Below are positions 16,111 through 31,300 of a DNA stretch of 64,000 nucleotides, in pieces; the stretch's first letter is position 1, and every line of letters starts with the position of its first letter. The translations under genes and the position numbers were made by a program. The stretch is from the human T2T-CHM13v2.0 reference genome, Homo sapiens, in the NCBI RefSeq assembly GCF_009914755.1, contig NC_060925.1. One strand, given 5' to 3'. Below the pieces are notes generated by a model, which searched no databases, was not told the origin of the DNA, and saw only the letters and a program-made list of their open reading frames with translations.

Positions 16111-17111
16111 AAAATCCATTTTTTTAAACAAAAAGAAAAATGAGGGAAAATGAGGTGTTCTGCTTGTTTTATTTAGACTCTGAGCACAGAGTTCCCAAGA
16201 TACATTCTGCTGTGGTATTCACACTGATCTCCAATTAAACCCTTCTCAGTGTGTCATGAGCTATTCATTCCCTATAGTCACTCTGTTAGAATCTTGGTCG
16301 TGTCCCAGAGGCCTCTGTTGATGTGGCCCAACTGAGCTGGCAAGTGAGAAAACATACACATAAATACCCATGATCTCAGCGATTCTCTCCCCTCCCCAGG
16401 ACATTCCTTAGCAGAACCAATCTCTCTCACTCGGCTGGAGCCTCTCTGTTCACAGATAGGCCTGGCTGGGCTTAATTTAGCAAAGGGCAGGCCCCCTGCA
16501 AAAGCCAGGGGTAAGTCTGGAGCCCCTGTAATGCCCCAGGACACCTTGTGTGGAGACAGGAGCCCAGCCCTGCCGAAGGAGCTAAAGGGGATGTTCAGAA
16601 TGTTTGTTTTTCTCAGCTATTTAGGAACTGGAGCTCACGGGAACCACCCTTTACTTCCTTAACTTCTCACATAAATGTTTTCTTTGGGCAGCAGCTATAG
16701 AACTGGAAACTAAGTAAAACCTTACTTTGGAATATAAAAACTATATTAATTTTTCTACAGATAAATTGTTGCATAGGAAACTTGCTAAATATTTTTAAAT
16801 TATCTGTAACACCTAACATAATCTGACATTTATCCCCAAATTCAGCTTTCAATTCTGGATTGAAACATACTTTGATCTGTTCTCTAAAAAGGACAAAGCC
16901 AGTCACTGGTGTTTTGCAAAGTCTGGGACCATTTTTCCTACACAGAATCTCACACAATAAACAGACAAGATATTAGAAACTAAGTTCTAATATCTAGCAG
17001 TCACTCCTTCCCTGGAAGCCTGGCTGTGTCCTGAAGCCAGGTCCTATGATCAGGCAACTCTTCTGAAGCTCTGCTTCCACTAGGGACAGCACTTACCCTG
17101 TAGACTCTACA

Positions 17112-17418
17112 GATGTACCATCCAGGATGGCAGGCATGAGCCACATGTGGCTACTGAACCCTTGAGATGTGACTAGTCCAAATCGAAATGTGCTGTAAGG
17201 ATTTCAGACTTAGCACGCACAGGAGTTCAAAGACTAACTACAACAAAAGAATGTGACATCTCATTAATAATTGTAAAATGTTGATTTCATGTTGAAATGA
17301 TAATGTTTTAAATGTATTATTAACATTAATTTCACATATTTCTTTTTACTTTTTTTAATGTGGCCATGAGAAAAATTTAAATTACATGTATGGCTTATAT
17401 TTACGTTGGACAGCACTG
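17112..17418. mobile_element. MER33 (hAT-Charlie) MITE
   Basis: AGCCACATGTGGCTACTGAA...TTGGACAGCACTG, about 310 bp. Confidence 0.75.
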
Positions 17419-18054
17419 TTCTATAAGATGTTAGGAAAAAGATGTATTTGCTTTAAGTACTTTGCATTAAGACATAGTCTGACCTGAATCACAGTTAATC
17501 CTGTGGTCTCATAGCATCTTGGAGAGTTTTGTGGGGTGCTGGCATCCATCAACCAACAAAATACCAAAATGACTCTAGGTAATTATAAGTGAAGCAAAAC
17601 CACTGGGCAGGGATGATAACAGGCACTGTACTTAACAGGAGTCAGCGTATCACAATGCTGCTCGGACTATGTTCAGACACTAAACTCTAAGTGTCATGAG
17701 GGCAGGGACTCCCTCTATCTTCTCACCATTGTAGCATTGCTAGCACAATGCCCACACACAGAAGATAATGATATATTTATCAAACAAATGGATGCTGTTC
17801 AAAATAAAAATATAGCTCTCTTGAAAAACAATTCTCCCTGCAAGAACTTCCTCTTCTTACTGTTTCTTTTCTCAATTTTTTTGCTTCCTACTTCCACCAA
17901 CCCCTCTTGCAGAGACTGCTCCATTCCAGTAAAAGGTGAAGGTTCAACTGGAGACCTCCAAAGTCGGCTGGGCCTAGGGTTTGGGTAGGCAATTGCTGGA
18001 AGAGCACAGAGAGGGAAAGATTTCAGGCAGTGGTGATAAGAAAAGGCCCACCTG

Positions 18055-20220
<2,166 letters not shown>

Positions 20221-20279
20221 ATGGCATAGCCACTTTGAAAAATAGTTAGACAGTATCTATTCAGAAAATAGGCAGAAAT

Positions 20280-20630
20280 ACCGACTGGGCATCCCTAATC
20301 TAAAAATTCAAAATCCAGCATGTTCCAAAATCCAAAACTTTTTGAGGACCAACATGATACCTCAGGTGGAAAGCTCCATACCTGACCTCATGAAAGGTTG
20401 CAGCAAAAATGCAGGCACAACACCCAGTTTATTCAGCATCCCCAAGAGAAAAACATAATTACCTTCAGGCTATGTGTACAAGGTGTATATGAAACATAAA
20501 TAAATTTCATGTTTAGACTTGGGTCCCATCCCCAAGATATCTCATTATGTATATGCAAATATTTCAAAATCTGAACACATCTGAAAATCTTCTGGTTCAA
20601 GCATTTCAGATAAGAGATATTTAATCTATA
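20280..20630. mobile_element. Tigger4b/MER46-type TcMar MITE inserted in old L1M
   Basis: GCATCCCTAATC...GGGTCCCATCCCCAAGATATCTCATTATGTATATGCAAAT...AGCATTTCAGATAAG. Confidence 0.75.
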
Positions 20631-21150
20631 TATACTTATTATATAACCTAACAGTTCCACTACTGGGCATTTACCCAAAAGAAATAAAACAAAGACTTGT
20701 TACATGAATATTCATAGCAGCTTAATCCATAATAGCCTGTTACTGAACACAACTCATACATTCATCAACAAATGAATGAATAAACAAATTGTATTATATT
20801 CATACAATGGAATACTACTCAGCAATAAAAATGAATGTACTACTGATACAAATAGCATGGATGAAACTCAAAATCATTATTCTAAGAGCCAGATACTATA
20901 GTCTGTATTTTATGATTCACTTTCAATGAAATTCTACAATAGACAGAACTATCTATCAACAGAAAGCAGATCAGTGGTTTTCTGCAGCCAGAGGTATGAA
21001 AGGTTTGAAACATGTGGCACCAGTAGGACATATGGAAACTTTTTTGGTGTGATGGAAGTATTTTTTTATCTTGATTGTGTGGTGTTTGTTATACAGTGGT
21101 ATACATTTGTTAAAATTTATCTAACTGCATACTTAATAAAGTTTATTTAA
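20631..21150 (+). mobile_element. Old L1M 3' end fragment
   Basis: TTCCACTACTGGGCATTTACCCAA...TGGAATACTACTCAGCAATAAAA...AATAAA. Confidence 0.75.
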
Positions 21151-21403
21151 ACAAAACATGAAAGGAAAAACTAAAATGACATAGCAAGTGGCAATGCAAA
21201 CTGCCAAGTGCAAAGAATGAGTAAAGAGCTTGGTTGGCATGGAGACTACCAGTCTAGGATGCTTTCATTGCCTCAGGTCAGCTTGGAAGGCCATAAAGGC
21301 TGTGAAGGTAAACCTAGAAACAAATCTTCCTGCACTGGTAACTGTCATGTTTATTTGCTTCTCTTTCCATCCCATCCTTTCAAAAAAAAAAAAGTAAAAG
21401 GTA

Positions 21404-21921
21404 GTGTGGTCCACAAACTACAGTGTGGCTCCCCATGATCCCCGCCTCTTGGTGTTTGTGCCCTTGTGTAACTCCTTCTCTTTGGGTATGAGCAGGCCCT
21501 GCGACTTACTTCTAACCAATAGAATATGGCAAAGGTGAAAGAATGTCACTCCTGTGATTATATTAAATTTCAAGGCTCTCTTGCTTGCAGATTTGCTCTA
21601 GAGCCTCTCCTTGCTGACTTGAAGTGGCCATATGGGGAAAGCTCACATGGCAAGGAACACTAGGTGACTTCAAGGAACCCTGGACAGCCTCTAGCCAACC
21701 TCTGGCAAGAAGTCAAGGCCCTCAGTCCTACTGCTACAAAGAAATGGATTCTGTTGACAGCCCAAGTGAGCTCTGAGTCAGATTCCTCAGTCAAGCCTCT
21801 AGAGGAGAATGCAGCCTGGCCAATACCTTGGCTGTAGCCTAGGGAGACCCTAAGCAGACAACCCAGCTAAGCGGTGCCTGGATTCCTGACCCACACACAC
21901 TGTGAGATAATAAATGTGTTG
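21404..21921 (+). mobile_element. MLT1F/E-type MaLR LTR
   Basis: CTTCTAACCAATAGAATATGGCAAAGGTG...CTGTGAGATAATAAATGTGT. Confidence 0.75.
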
Positions 21922-22047
21922 GGGGGTGAAGGAGGGATAGGGGTAGGGGTGGCTGTGCATTTGGGTATGGAAGGGTGTTTTAAATCACTTTCTAAACACG
22001 GCCTCTCCTGGCCACTCCTTAATACTGCAACCTGCTCTCCACTCCTG

Positions 22048-22875
22048 TAATTTTTTTTTCAACATTTGTTTTAGGTTCAGGGGGTACATGTGCAGGTTTG
22101 TTACATGGGTAACTTGCATGTTGCGGAGGTTTGGTGTATGAATGAACCCATCACGCAGGTAGTAAGTATAGTACCCAATAGTTAGCTTTTCAACCCTCTC
22201 CCCCCTTCTACCTTCCACTGGGGTAGGCCCCAGTGCTTATTGTTCCCATCTTTGTGTCCATGTCTCAAAGTTTTGCTCTCACTTATAAGTGAGAACATGC
22301 AGTATTTGGTTTTCTGTGCCTGTGTTAATTAGCTTAGGATAATGGCCTCCAGCTGCATCTCTTTTGCTGCAGAAGACATGATTTCATTCTTTTAATGGAT
22401 GCATAGTATTCCGTGCTTTATATGTACCGTATTTTTCCTCCCCAGTCTACTGTTGATGTGTATCTAGGTTGATTCCATGCCTTTGCTATTGTGGATAGTG
22501 CTGCAGTGAACATGTAAGTGCATGTGTCTTTTTGGTAGAACAATTTATTTTCCTTTGGGTATATATCCAGTAATGGGATTGCTGGGTCAAATGGTAGTTT
22601 TCTTTTAAATTCTTTGAGAAATCACCAAACTGCTTTCCGCAGTGACTGAACTAATTTACATTCTCACCAACAGCGTATAAGCACTTTTCTCTACAACCTT
22701 GCCAACACCTTATTTTTTGTTTTTCACAGTAGGCATTCTGACTGGTGTGCAATGGTGTCTCATTGTGGTTTTGACTTGCATTTCTCTAATGATTAGTGAT
22801 ATTGAGCATGAGAATTTTTTCAAATATTTGTTGGCCCCATGTATGTCTTCCGTTCATGTCCTTTGCCCATTTTTT
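22048..22875 (-). mobile_element. Old L1PA 3' end, 5'-truncated
   Basis: Antisense L1 3' UTR (GGGGGTACATGTGCAGGTTTGTTACATGG) and ORF2 end. Confidence 0.88.
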
Positions 22876-23040
22876 AGTTGGGACAAGGTCTCGATCTGTT
22901 GCCCAGGAGTGCAGTCTGATCACTGGAGTTCAGTGATGCAAACACAGCTCACTGCAGCCTTGACCTCCTAGGCTCTAGCAATCCTTCCACCACTGCCTCC
23001 CAAAGTGCTGGAGTTTCAGATTTGAGCCACCACACCTTTG
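22876..23040 (-). mobile_element. Diverged Alu fragment/monomer (AluJ-like)
   Basis: CAGCTCACTGCAGCCTTGACCTCC...CTCCCAAAGTGCTGG...TGAGCCACCACACC. Confidence 0.65.
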
Positions 23041-26000
23041 CTCATTTTTGAAGTGGGGCAAGACCCCCACTTCGTAGGACTATTACTTGATTGAGATTAA
23101 ATATGTGTAAAATGCATAACATGGTGCCTGGCTTATAGTAAACACTAAATGGATTTCTTCTTCCATAGGATTTAAATAGGGAGCAATTTTTTTTCTATCA
23201 AGAGCTGATCAGAAATAAATGGGAAGCATTTAAATGCTCTCCTTCCCTTGCCCCAAGAGGACTTTCACTTTCCAACATTCTACATACTTTATTTATAATA
23301 TTTATTGTTTATTTTCTGTCTACTCATGACAGACTATAAGTTCTATGAGGATGGGAATGCCTGTATGTGCTTATTATATGACCTAACAGTTCCACTACTG
23401 GGTATTTACCCAAAAGAAATAAAACAAAGACTTATACATGAATATATTGATATATACTCCAGTCACCTCCAATAGAATCTAGAACACAGTAGGGGCTTAG
23501 TACATATTTTTAAATGAATGAAGACTAATGTTTAGTTTAAACTAGGATTGACCTATTCTTATCCTCGGCAGGGACAGAGAATAACTAATTACCACTTGTC
23601 ACATATTGAGACTTCAGTACCTAAAAGGCACTATTAGGTCACCTGTAAGTCTGTTTTCCCCCAAAGTAAAAATCCCAATTCCATTGCCCTTTTCACATAA
23701 GCCTCATTTTCTAACCTTTTTAGTTTGGTTTAATGAATTTCCTATTTCCTCTGAATTCTAGAGTTCCAAACCAGACTCAGCACAAGCCTAACAGGGCAAC
23801 CTATACAGATAAGGACAGCCCAGGCACATTGCACACGGCAAGTTGCACCTGTTTTAAGAGTAAAAATGAGGTCAATGCCACCTTGTACTGCAGGTACCTC
23901 AATGAGACAATGCCACCCCTTCCTGCCACAATCTTGGCAAAAGTCACTACGAAAGTAAATATCATTTTACTAGAGTCCTTTCTTTCTCTCCAGTGAATAA
24001 CACAATGTAGTTATTCACTGGAAAACATCATTTGCATTTGAAAGAGTTACTAACTAAATTCTAAAGAATGTACCAAAGCCTTGCTTAACTGTAGAATGAG
24101 GCCACACGGCTGCTGGGATACCAGGTACTCTCCCTGAGCCTATTGATGGCAAATTTCATCCTGTGAAAAATGGGAACAAGACACCCACTTCATAGGACTA
24201 TTATATGGTTGAAATTAAATATGTGTAAGATGCATAACATGGTGCCTGGCACACAGTAAACACAAAACAGATTTCTTCCTCTATAGCATTTAAATGGGAA
24301 GTGTTTAGCGTTTACTTGCCATGTGCATGAGTGAATTTGGGAAAAGTGGGGGGAGGATATGGGGCAAAGAAGGACAGAAAGGGCCTAAGAGTAGGAAGAA
24401 TTTAATACCAGAAGATGGGACAAGACCTGGGTCTAGAAACCTCTTCTGCAGATAAAGTAGCTGCAAATTATAGGGAAGGAGTCCTCAGGCTGCTTTCCTT
24501 ATAACCATTTATTTTCCTGCACCTTACATCAAGAACGTTAGGCACTGGTTAAGACCCTGTCCCCTTGCAGCAGTAGAGAAAACAGGAGGAAGGAGACGGG
24601 AGGTAGAAATTTGGAAGCTAGCAGTTGAAGGCCAACTCAGAAAGCGTCAGGTGGAATTCCATTCCTAATTGACATCACCATCCTCTAACTGCAGCAATTC
24701 TCTCCAGCCCTTTTATGTGCTCCCTACAGAACCAAGCTTCCACACAGCTGAAGGAACCTGTCTGCTCTCACCCCAGCTTCACAGAAGATGGCAGGGACTG
24801 GTTATTACTAACCTGCCTCCTAGTCTTCTGAGGCTCCAAATGGTTTTGTCAGCAAGCTGAGCTTCCCCACAATCCCACAGACTAGAAGGGGTTGGAAAGA
24901 ACAAGCCTTAGTACAATACTGCTCCCCACCTCTAAGGGATCTGCTCCTCTGAGTCCCAGAAGTTCACCACCTTCATTTGATTTCTGCTACAGGAAGACTC
25001 TGGGAATCCAGCTCTGGACCCAGCACTTCCTGATTTTTGAAGTAGAGAGTTGACAACCCTGTTGTCATCAATACAACTGTGCTAGGTGGGTGGGAAAGGA
25101 AAATATCTTGGGCTCCCAAAATCACTAAGCTAAAAGGAAAACTCAGGATCATGCTGGATGGAAGTCAGGACTAGATTGCAGCTCCGACTCGGATGGACAG
25201 AGAAGCATGTGGAGGCTCGTATCATGAATTTTTGCTCCAGAACGACTGGAGGAATAAATTACAAAACCTCAGAGGACCCACAGGCCCCCTGAAGGAAGCA
25301 GATGGCTCCTGCAGGACCCAGGAGACACACCAAATACTGTGTTAGTATTTACTTATAGAAATGCAAAATGGTCTGGAAAGTCTCAGCCATAGAATCAAAC
25401 AAGTAGAAGAAAGAAATTCAGAGCTTGAACACAAAGTCTTCAATTTGACCCAATCCAACAAAGACAAAGAAAAACAAATAAGAAAATATGAACAAAGCCT
25501 CCAAAAACTCTGGGATTATGTTAAATGACCAAACCTAAGAATAATTGGCATTGCTGAGGAAGAAGAGAAATCTAAAAGTTTGAAAAACATATTTGGGGGA
25601 ATAATTGAGGAAAATTTCCCCAACCTTGCTAGAGACCTAAACAAATACAAGAAGCACAAAGAACACCTGGGAAATTTATTGCAAAGAGATCGTCACCTAG
25701 GCACATTGTCATCAGGTTATCTAAAGTTAAGACAAAAGAAAGAATCTTAAGAGCTGTGAGACAAAAGAACCCAGTAACCTATGAAGGAAAACCTGTCAGA
25801 TTAACAGCAGATTTCTCAGCAGGAATCCTACAAGCCAGAAGGGATTGGGCCCCTATCTTCAGCATCCTAAAACAAAACAATTATTAGCTGAGAATTTTGT
25901 ATCCAGTGAAACTAAGCTTCATATACGAAGAGAAGATACAGTATTTTTCAGACAAACAAATGCTGAGAGAATTTGCCACTACCATGCCAGCGCTACAAGA

Positions 26001-26308
26001 ATTGCTAAAAGAAGCTTCAAATCTTGAAACAAAACCTGGAAACACATCAAAACAGAACCTCTTTAAAATATAAATCTCACAGGACCTATAAAACAAAAAT
26101 ACAATTCAAAAAAACAAAAACAAAACCCAAAAAACCAAGGTATACAGGCAACAAAAAGCACAATGAACGGAATGGTACCTCACATCCCAATACTAACATT
26201 GAATGTAAATGGCCGAAATGCGCCACTTAAAAGATACGGAATTGCAGAATGGATAAGAATTAACCGACCAACTATCTGCTGCCTTTAAGAGACTCACCTA
26301 ACACATAA

Positions 26309-26725
<417 letters not shown>

Positions 26726-27578
26726 TAAAGAAATTGCAGTTAAAAAAGACAAAGAGCGGCATTATATAATGATAAAAGGCCTTGTCCAACAGGAAAATAT
26801 CACAATCCTAAACATATATGCACCTAACACTGGAGCTCCCAAATTTATAAAACCATCACTAATAGACCTAAGAAATGAGATAGACAGTAACACAATAATA
26901 GTGGGGGACTTCAATATGTCACTGACAGCACTAGACAGGCCAATGAGACAGAAAGTCAACAAAGAAACAATGGATTTAAACTATACCCTGGAACACATGG
27001 ACTTAAGACATATATACAGAACATTCCATCCAACAACTGCAGAATATACATTCTATTCAACAGTGCCTGGAACTTTCTCCAAGATAGACCACATGGTAGG
27101 CCACAAAACAAGCCGCAATAAATTTAAGAAAATTGAAATTATATCAAGCACTCTCTCAGACCACAGTGGAATAAAACTGGAAATCAACTCCAAAAGGAGC
27201 TTTCAAAACCATGCAAATACATGGAAATTAACCTGCTCCTGAATGATCATGAAATCGAGATGGAAATTAAAAAAATCTTCAAATTGAACAAAAATAGTGA
27301 TACAACCTATCAAAACTTCTGGAATACAGCAAAGTCAGTGCTAAAAGGAAAGTTCATATTCCTAAACACCTACATCAAAAAGTCTAAAAGAGCACAAACA
27401 GACAATCAAAGGTCACACTTCAAGGAACTAGAGAAACAAGAACAAACCAAACCCAAACCAGCAGAAGAAAGGAAATAACCAAGATCAGAGCAGAACTAAA
27501 TGAAACTGAAACAAACAAACAAAAAATACAAAAGATAAATGAAATGAAAACCTGGTTCTTTGAAAAGATAAATAAAGC

Positions 27579-28312
<734 letters not shown>

Positions 28313-31300
28313 AGAAGAGATGGATAAATTCCTGGAAAGATACAACCCTCCTAGCTTAAATCAGGAAGAATTAGATACTCTGAACAGACCAATAACAAGC
28401 AACAAGATTGAAATGGTAATGTAAACATTACCAACAAAAAAAGTCCAGGACCGGATGGATTCACAGCAGAATGTAACCAGGCATTCAAAGAATTGGTACC
28501 AATCCTATTGACACTATTTCATAGGATTGAGAAAGAGGGAACCCTCCCTAAATCATTCTATGAAGCCAGCATCACCCTAATACCAAAACCAGAAAAGGAC
28601 ATAACCAAAAAAGAAAACTGCAGACCAATATCCTTGATGAACATCGATACTAAAATCCTTAACAAAATACTAGCTAACCGAATCCAACAACATATCAAAA
28701 ATATAATCCACCGTGATCAAGTGGGTTTCATACCAGGGATGCAGGGAGGTTTAACATACGCAAGTCAATAAATGTGGTACACCACATAAACAAAATTAAA
28801 AACAAAAATCACCATGATCATCTCAATAGATGCAGAATAAGCATTTGACAAAATCCAGCATCCCCTTATGATTAAAACTCTCAGCAAAATCAGCATACAA
28901 GGGACATATCTCAATGTAATAAAAGCCATCTATGACAAACCCACGGCCAACGTAATAATGACTGGGGGAAAAGTTAAAAGCATTTCCTCTGAGAACTGAA
29001 ACAAGACAAGGATGCCCACTCACACCACTCCTCTTCAACATAGTTCTGGAAGTCCTAGCCAGAGCAAGACAAGAGAAAGAAATAAAGGGGATCCAAATTG
29101 TTATAGAGGAAGTCAAACTGTCACTATTTGCTGATGATATTATTGTTTACTTAGAAAATCCTAGAGTCCTCCAGAAAGCTCCTAGAACTCATAAAACAAT
29201 TCAGCAAAATTTCTGGATACAAAATTAATGCATGCGAATCAGTAGCTCTTCTACACACCAACAGCGACCAAGCTGAGAATCAAATCAAGAACTCAACCCC
29301 TTTTACAACAGCTGCAAAAAATAAAATAAAATAAAATACTTAGGAATGTACCTAACCAAGGAGGTGAAAGACCTCTACAAGGAAAACTACAAAACACTGC
29401 CGAAGGAAATCATAGACGACACAAATGAATGGAAACACATCCCATGCTCATGGATGGGTAGAATCAATATTGTGAAAATGACCATACTGCCAAAAGCAAT
29501 CTACAAATTTAACACAATTCCCTTCAAAATACCGCCATCATTCTTTACAGAATTAGAAAAAACAATTCTAAAACTCATATGGAACCAAAAAGGAGCCCGC
29601 ATAGCCAAAGCAAGACTAAGCAAAAAGAATAAATCTATAGGCATCACATTACCTGATTTCAAACTATACTATAAGGCCATAGTCACCAAAACAGCATGAT
29701 ACTGGCATAAAAATAGGCACAGAGACCAATGGAACAGAATAGATAACCCATAAATAAACTCAAATACTTACAGCCAACTGATCTTCGACAAAGCAAACAA
29801 AAACATAAAGTGGGGAAAGGACACCCTTTTCAACAAATGGTGCTGGGATAATTGGCTAGCCACATGTAAGAGAACTAAACTGGATCCTCATCTCTCACCT
29901 TACACAGAAATCAGCTCAAGATGGATTAAGGATTTAAATCTAAGTTCTGAAACTATAAAAATTCTAGAAGGTATCATCGAAAAAACCCTTATAGACATTG
30001 GCTTAGGCAAGGATTTCATGACCAAGAACCCAAAAGCAAATGCAATAAAAACAAAGACAAACAGCTGGGACTTAATTAAACTAAAGAGCTTTTGCACGGC
30101 AAAAGGAACAGTCAGCAGAGTAAACAGACAACCCACAGAGTGGGAGAAAATCTTCACAGTCTGTACATCTGACAAAGGACTAACATCCAGAATCTACAAC
30201 AAGCTCAAACAAATCAGCAAGAAAAAACAAACAATCCCATCATAAAGTGGGCTAAGGACATGAATAGACAGTTCTCAAAAGAAGATATACAAATGGCCAA
30301 CAAACATATGAAAAAAGGCTCAACATCGCTAATAATCAGGGAAATGCAAATCAAAACCACAATGTGATACCACCTTACTCCTGCAAGACTGGCCATAATC
30401 AAAAAAATAAAAAAATAGTAGATATGGATGTGGATGCAGTGAACAGGGAACACTTCTACACTGCTTGTGGGAATGTAAACTAGTACAGCCACTATGGAAA
30501 ACAATGTGGAGATTCCTTAAAAAACTAAAAGTAGAACTACCATTTGATCCAGCAATCCCACTACAGGGTATCTACCTAGAGGAAAAGAAGTCATTATACA
30601 AAAAAGATACTTGAACACGCATACGTATAGCAGCACAGTTCACAACTGCAAAAACGTGGAACCAACCCAAGTGCCCACCAATCAATGAGTGGATAAAGTA
30701 ACTGTGGTGTGTATACACACACATATATATATATATGATGGATATATATATATATATATATATATGAGATAGAATACTACTCAGCCAATAAAAGGAATAA
30801 ATTAACGCATTCACAATGATCTGGATGAGATTGGAGACTATCATTCTAAGTGAAGTAAGGCAGGAAAGGAAAACCAAACATTGTATGTTCTCACTCATAA
30901 GTGGGAGCTAAGCTATAAGGATACAAAGGCATAAGAATGACACAGTGGACTTTGGGGACTCAAGGGGAAAGGGTGGGAAGTGGGTGAGGGATAAAAGATC
31001 ACAAATAGGGTGCAGTATATACTGCTTGGGTGATGGGTGCACCAAAATCTCACAAATCACCACTAAAGAAATTACTCATGTAACCAAACACCATCTGTTC
31101 CCCAATAACCTATGGAAATGAAAATACAAAAAATAAAAGGAAAACTCAAGCTGGAAACTGTTTAGGGCAAACCTGCCTCCCATTCTATTCAAAGTTATCT
31201 CTCTGCTCACTGAGATAAATGCATATCTGATTGCCTCCTTTGGAAAGGCTAATTAGAAACTCAAAAGAATGCAACCTTTTGTCTCTCTTCTGTGACCTAG

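Noticed and set aside
25146-25360. Spliced L1 (SpIRE) explanation of the 5'UTR-ORF1 jump
   Set aside because: GTG is retained at the junction and followed by inverted filler, so it is not a clean donor-acceptor join.
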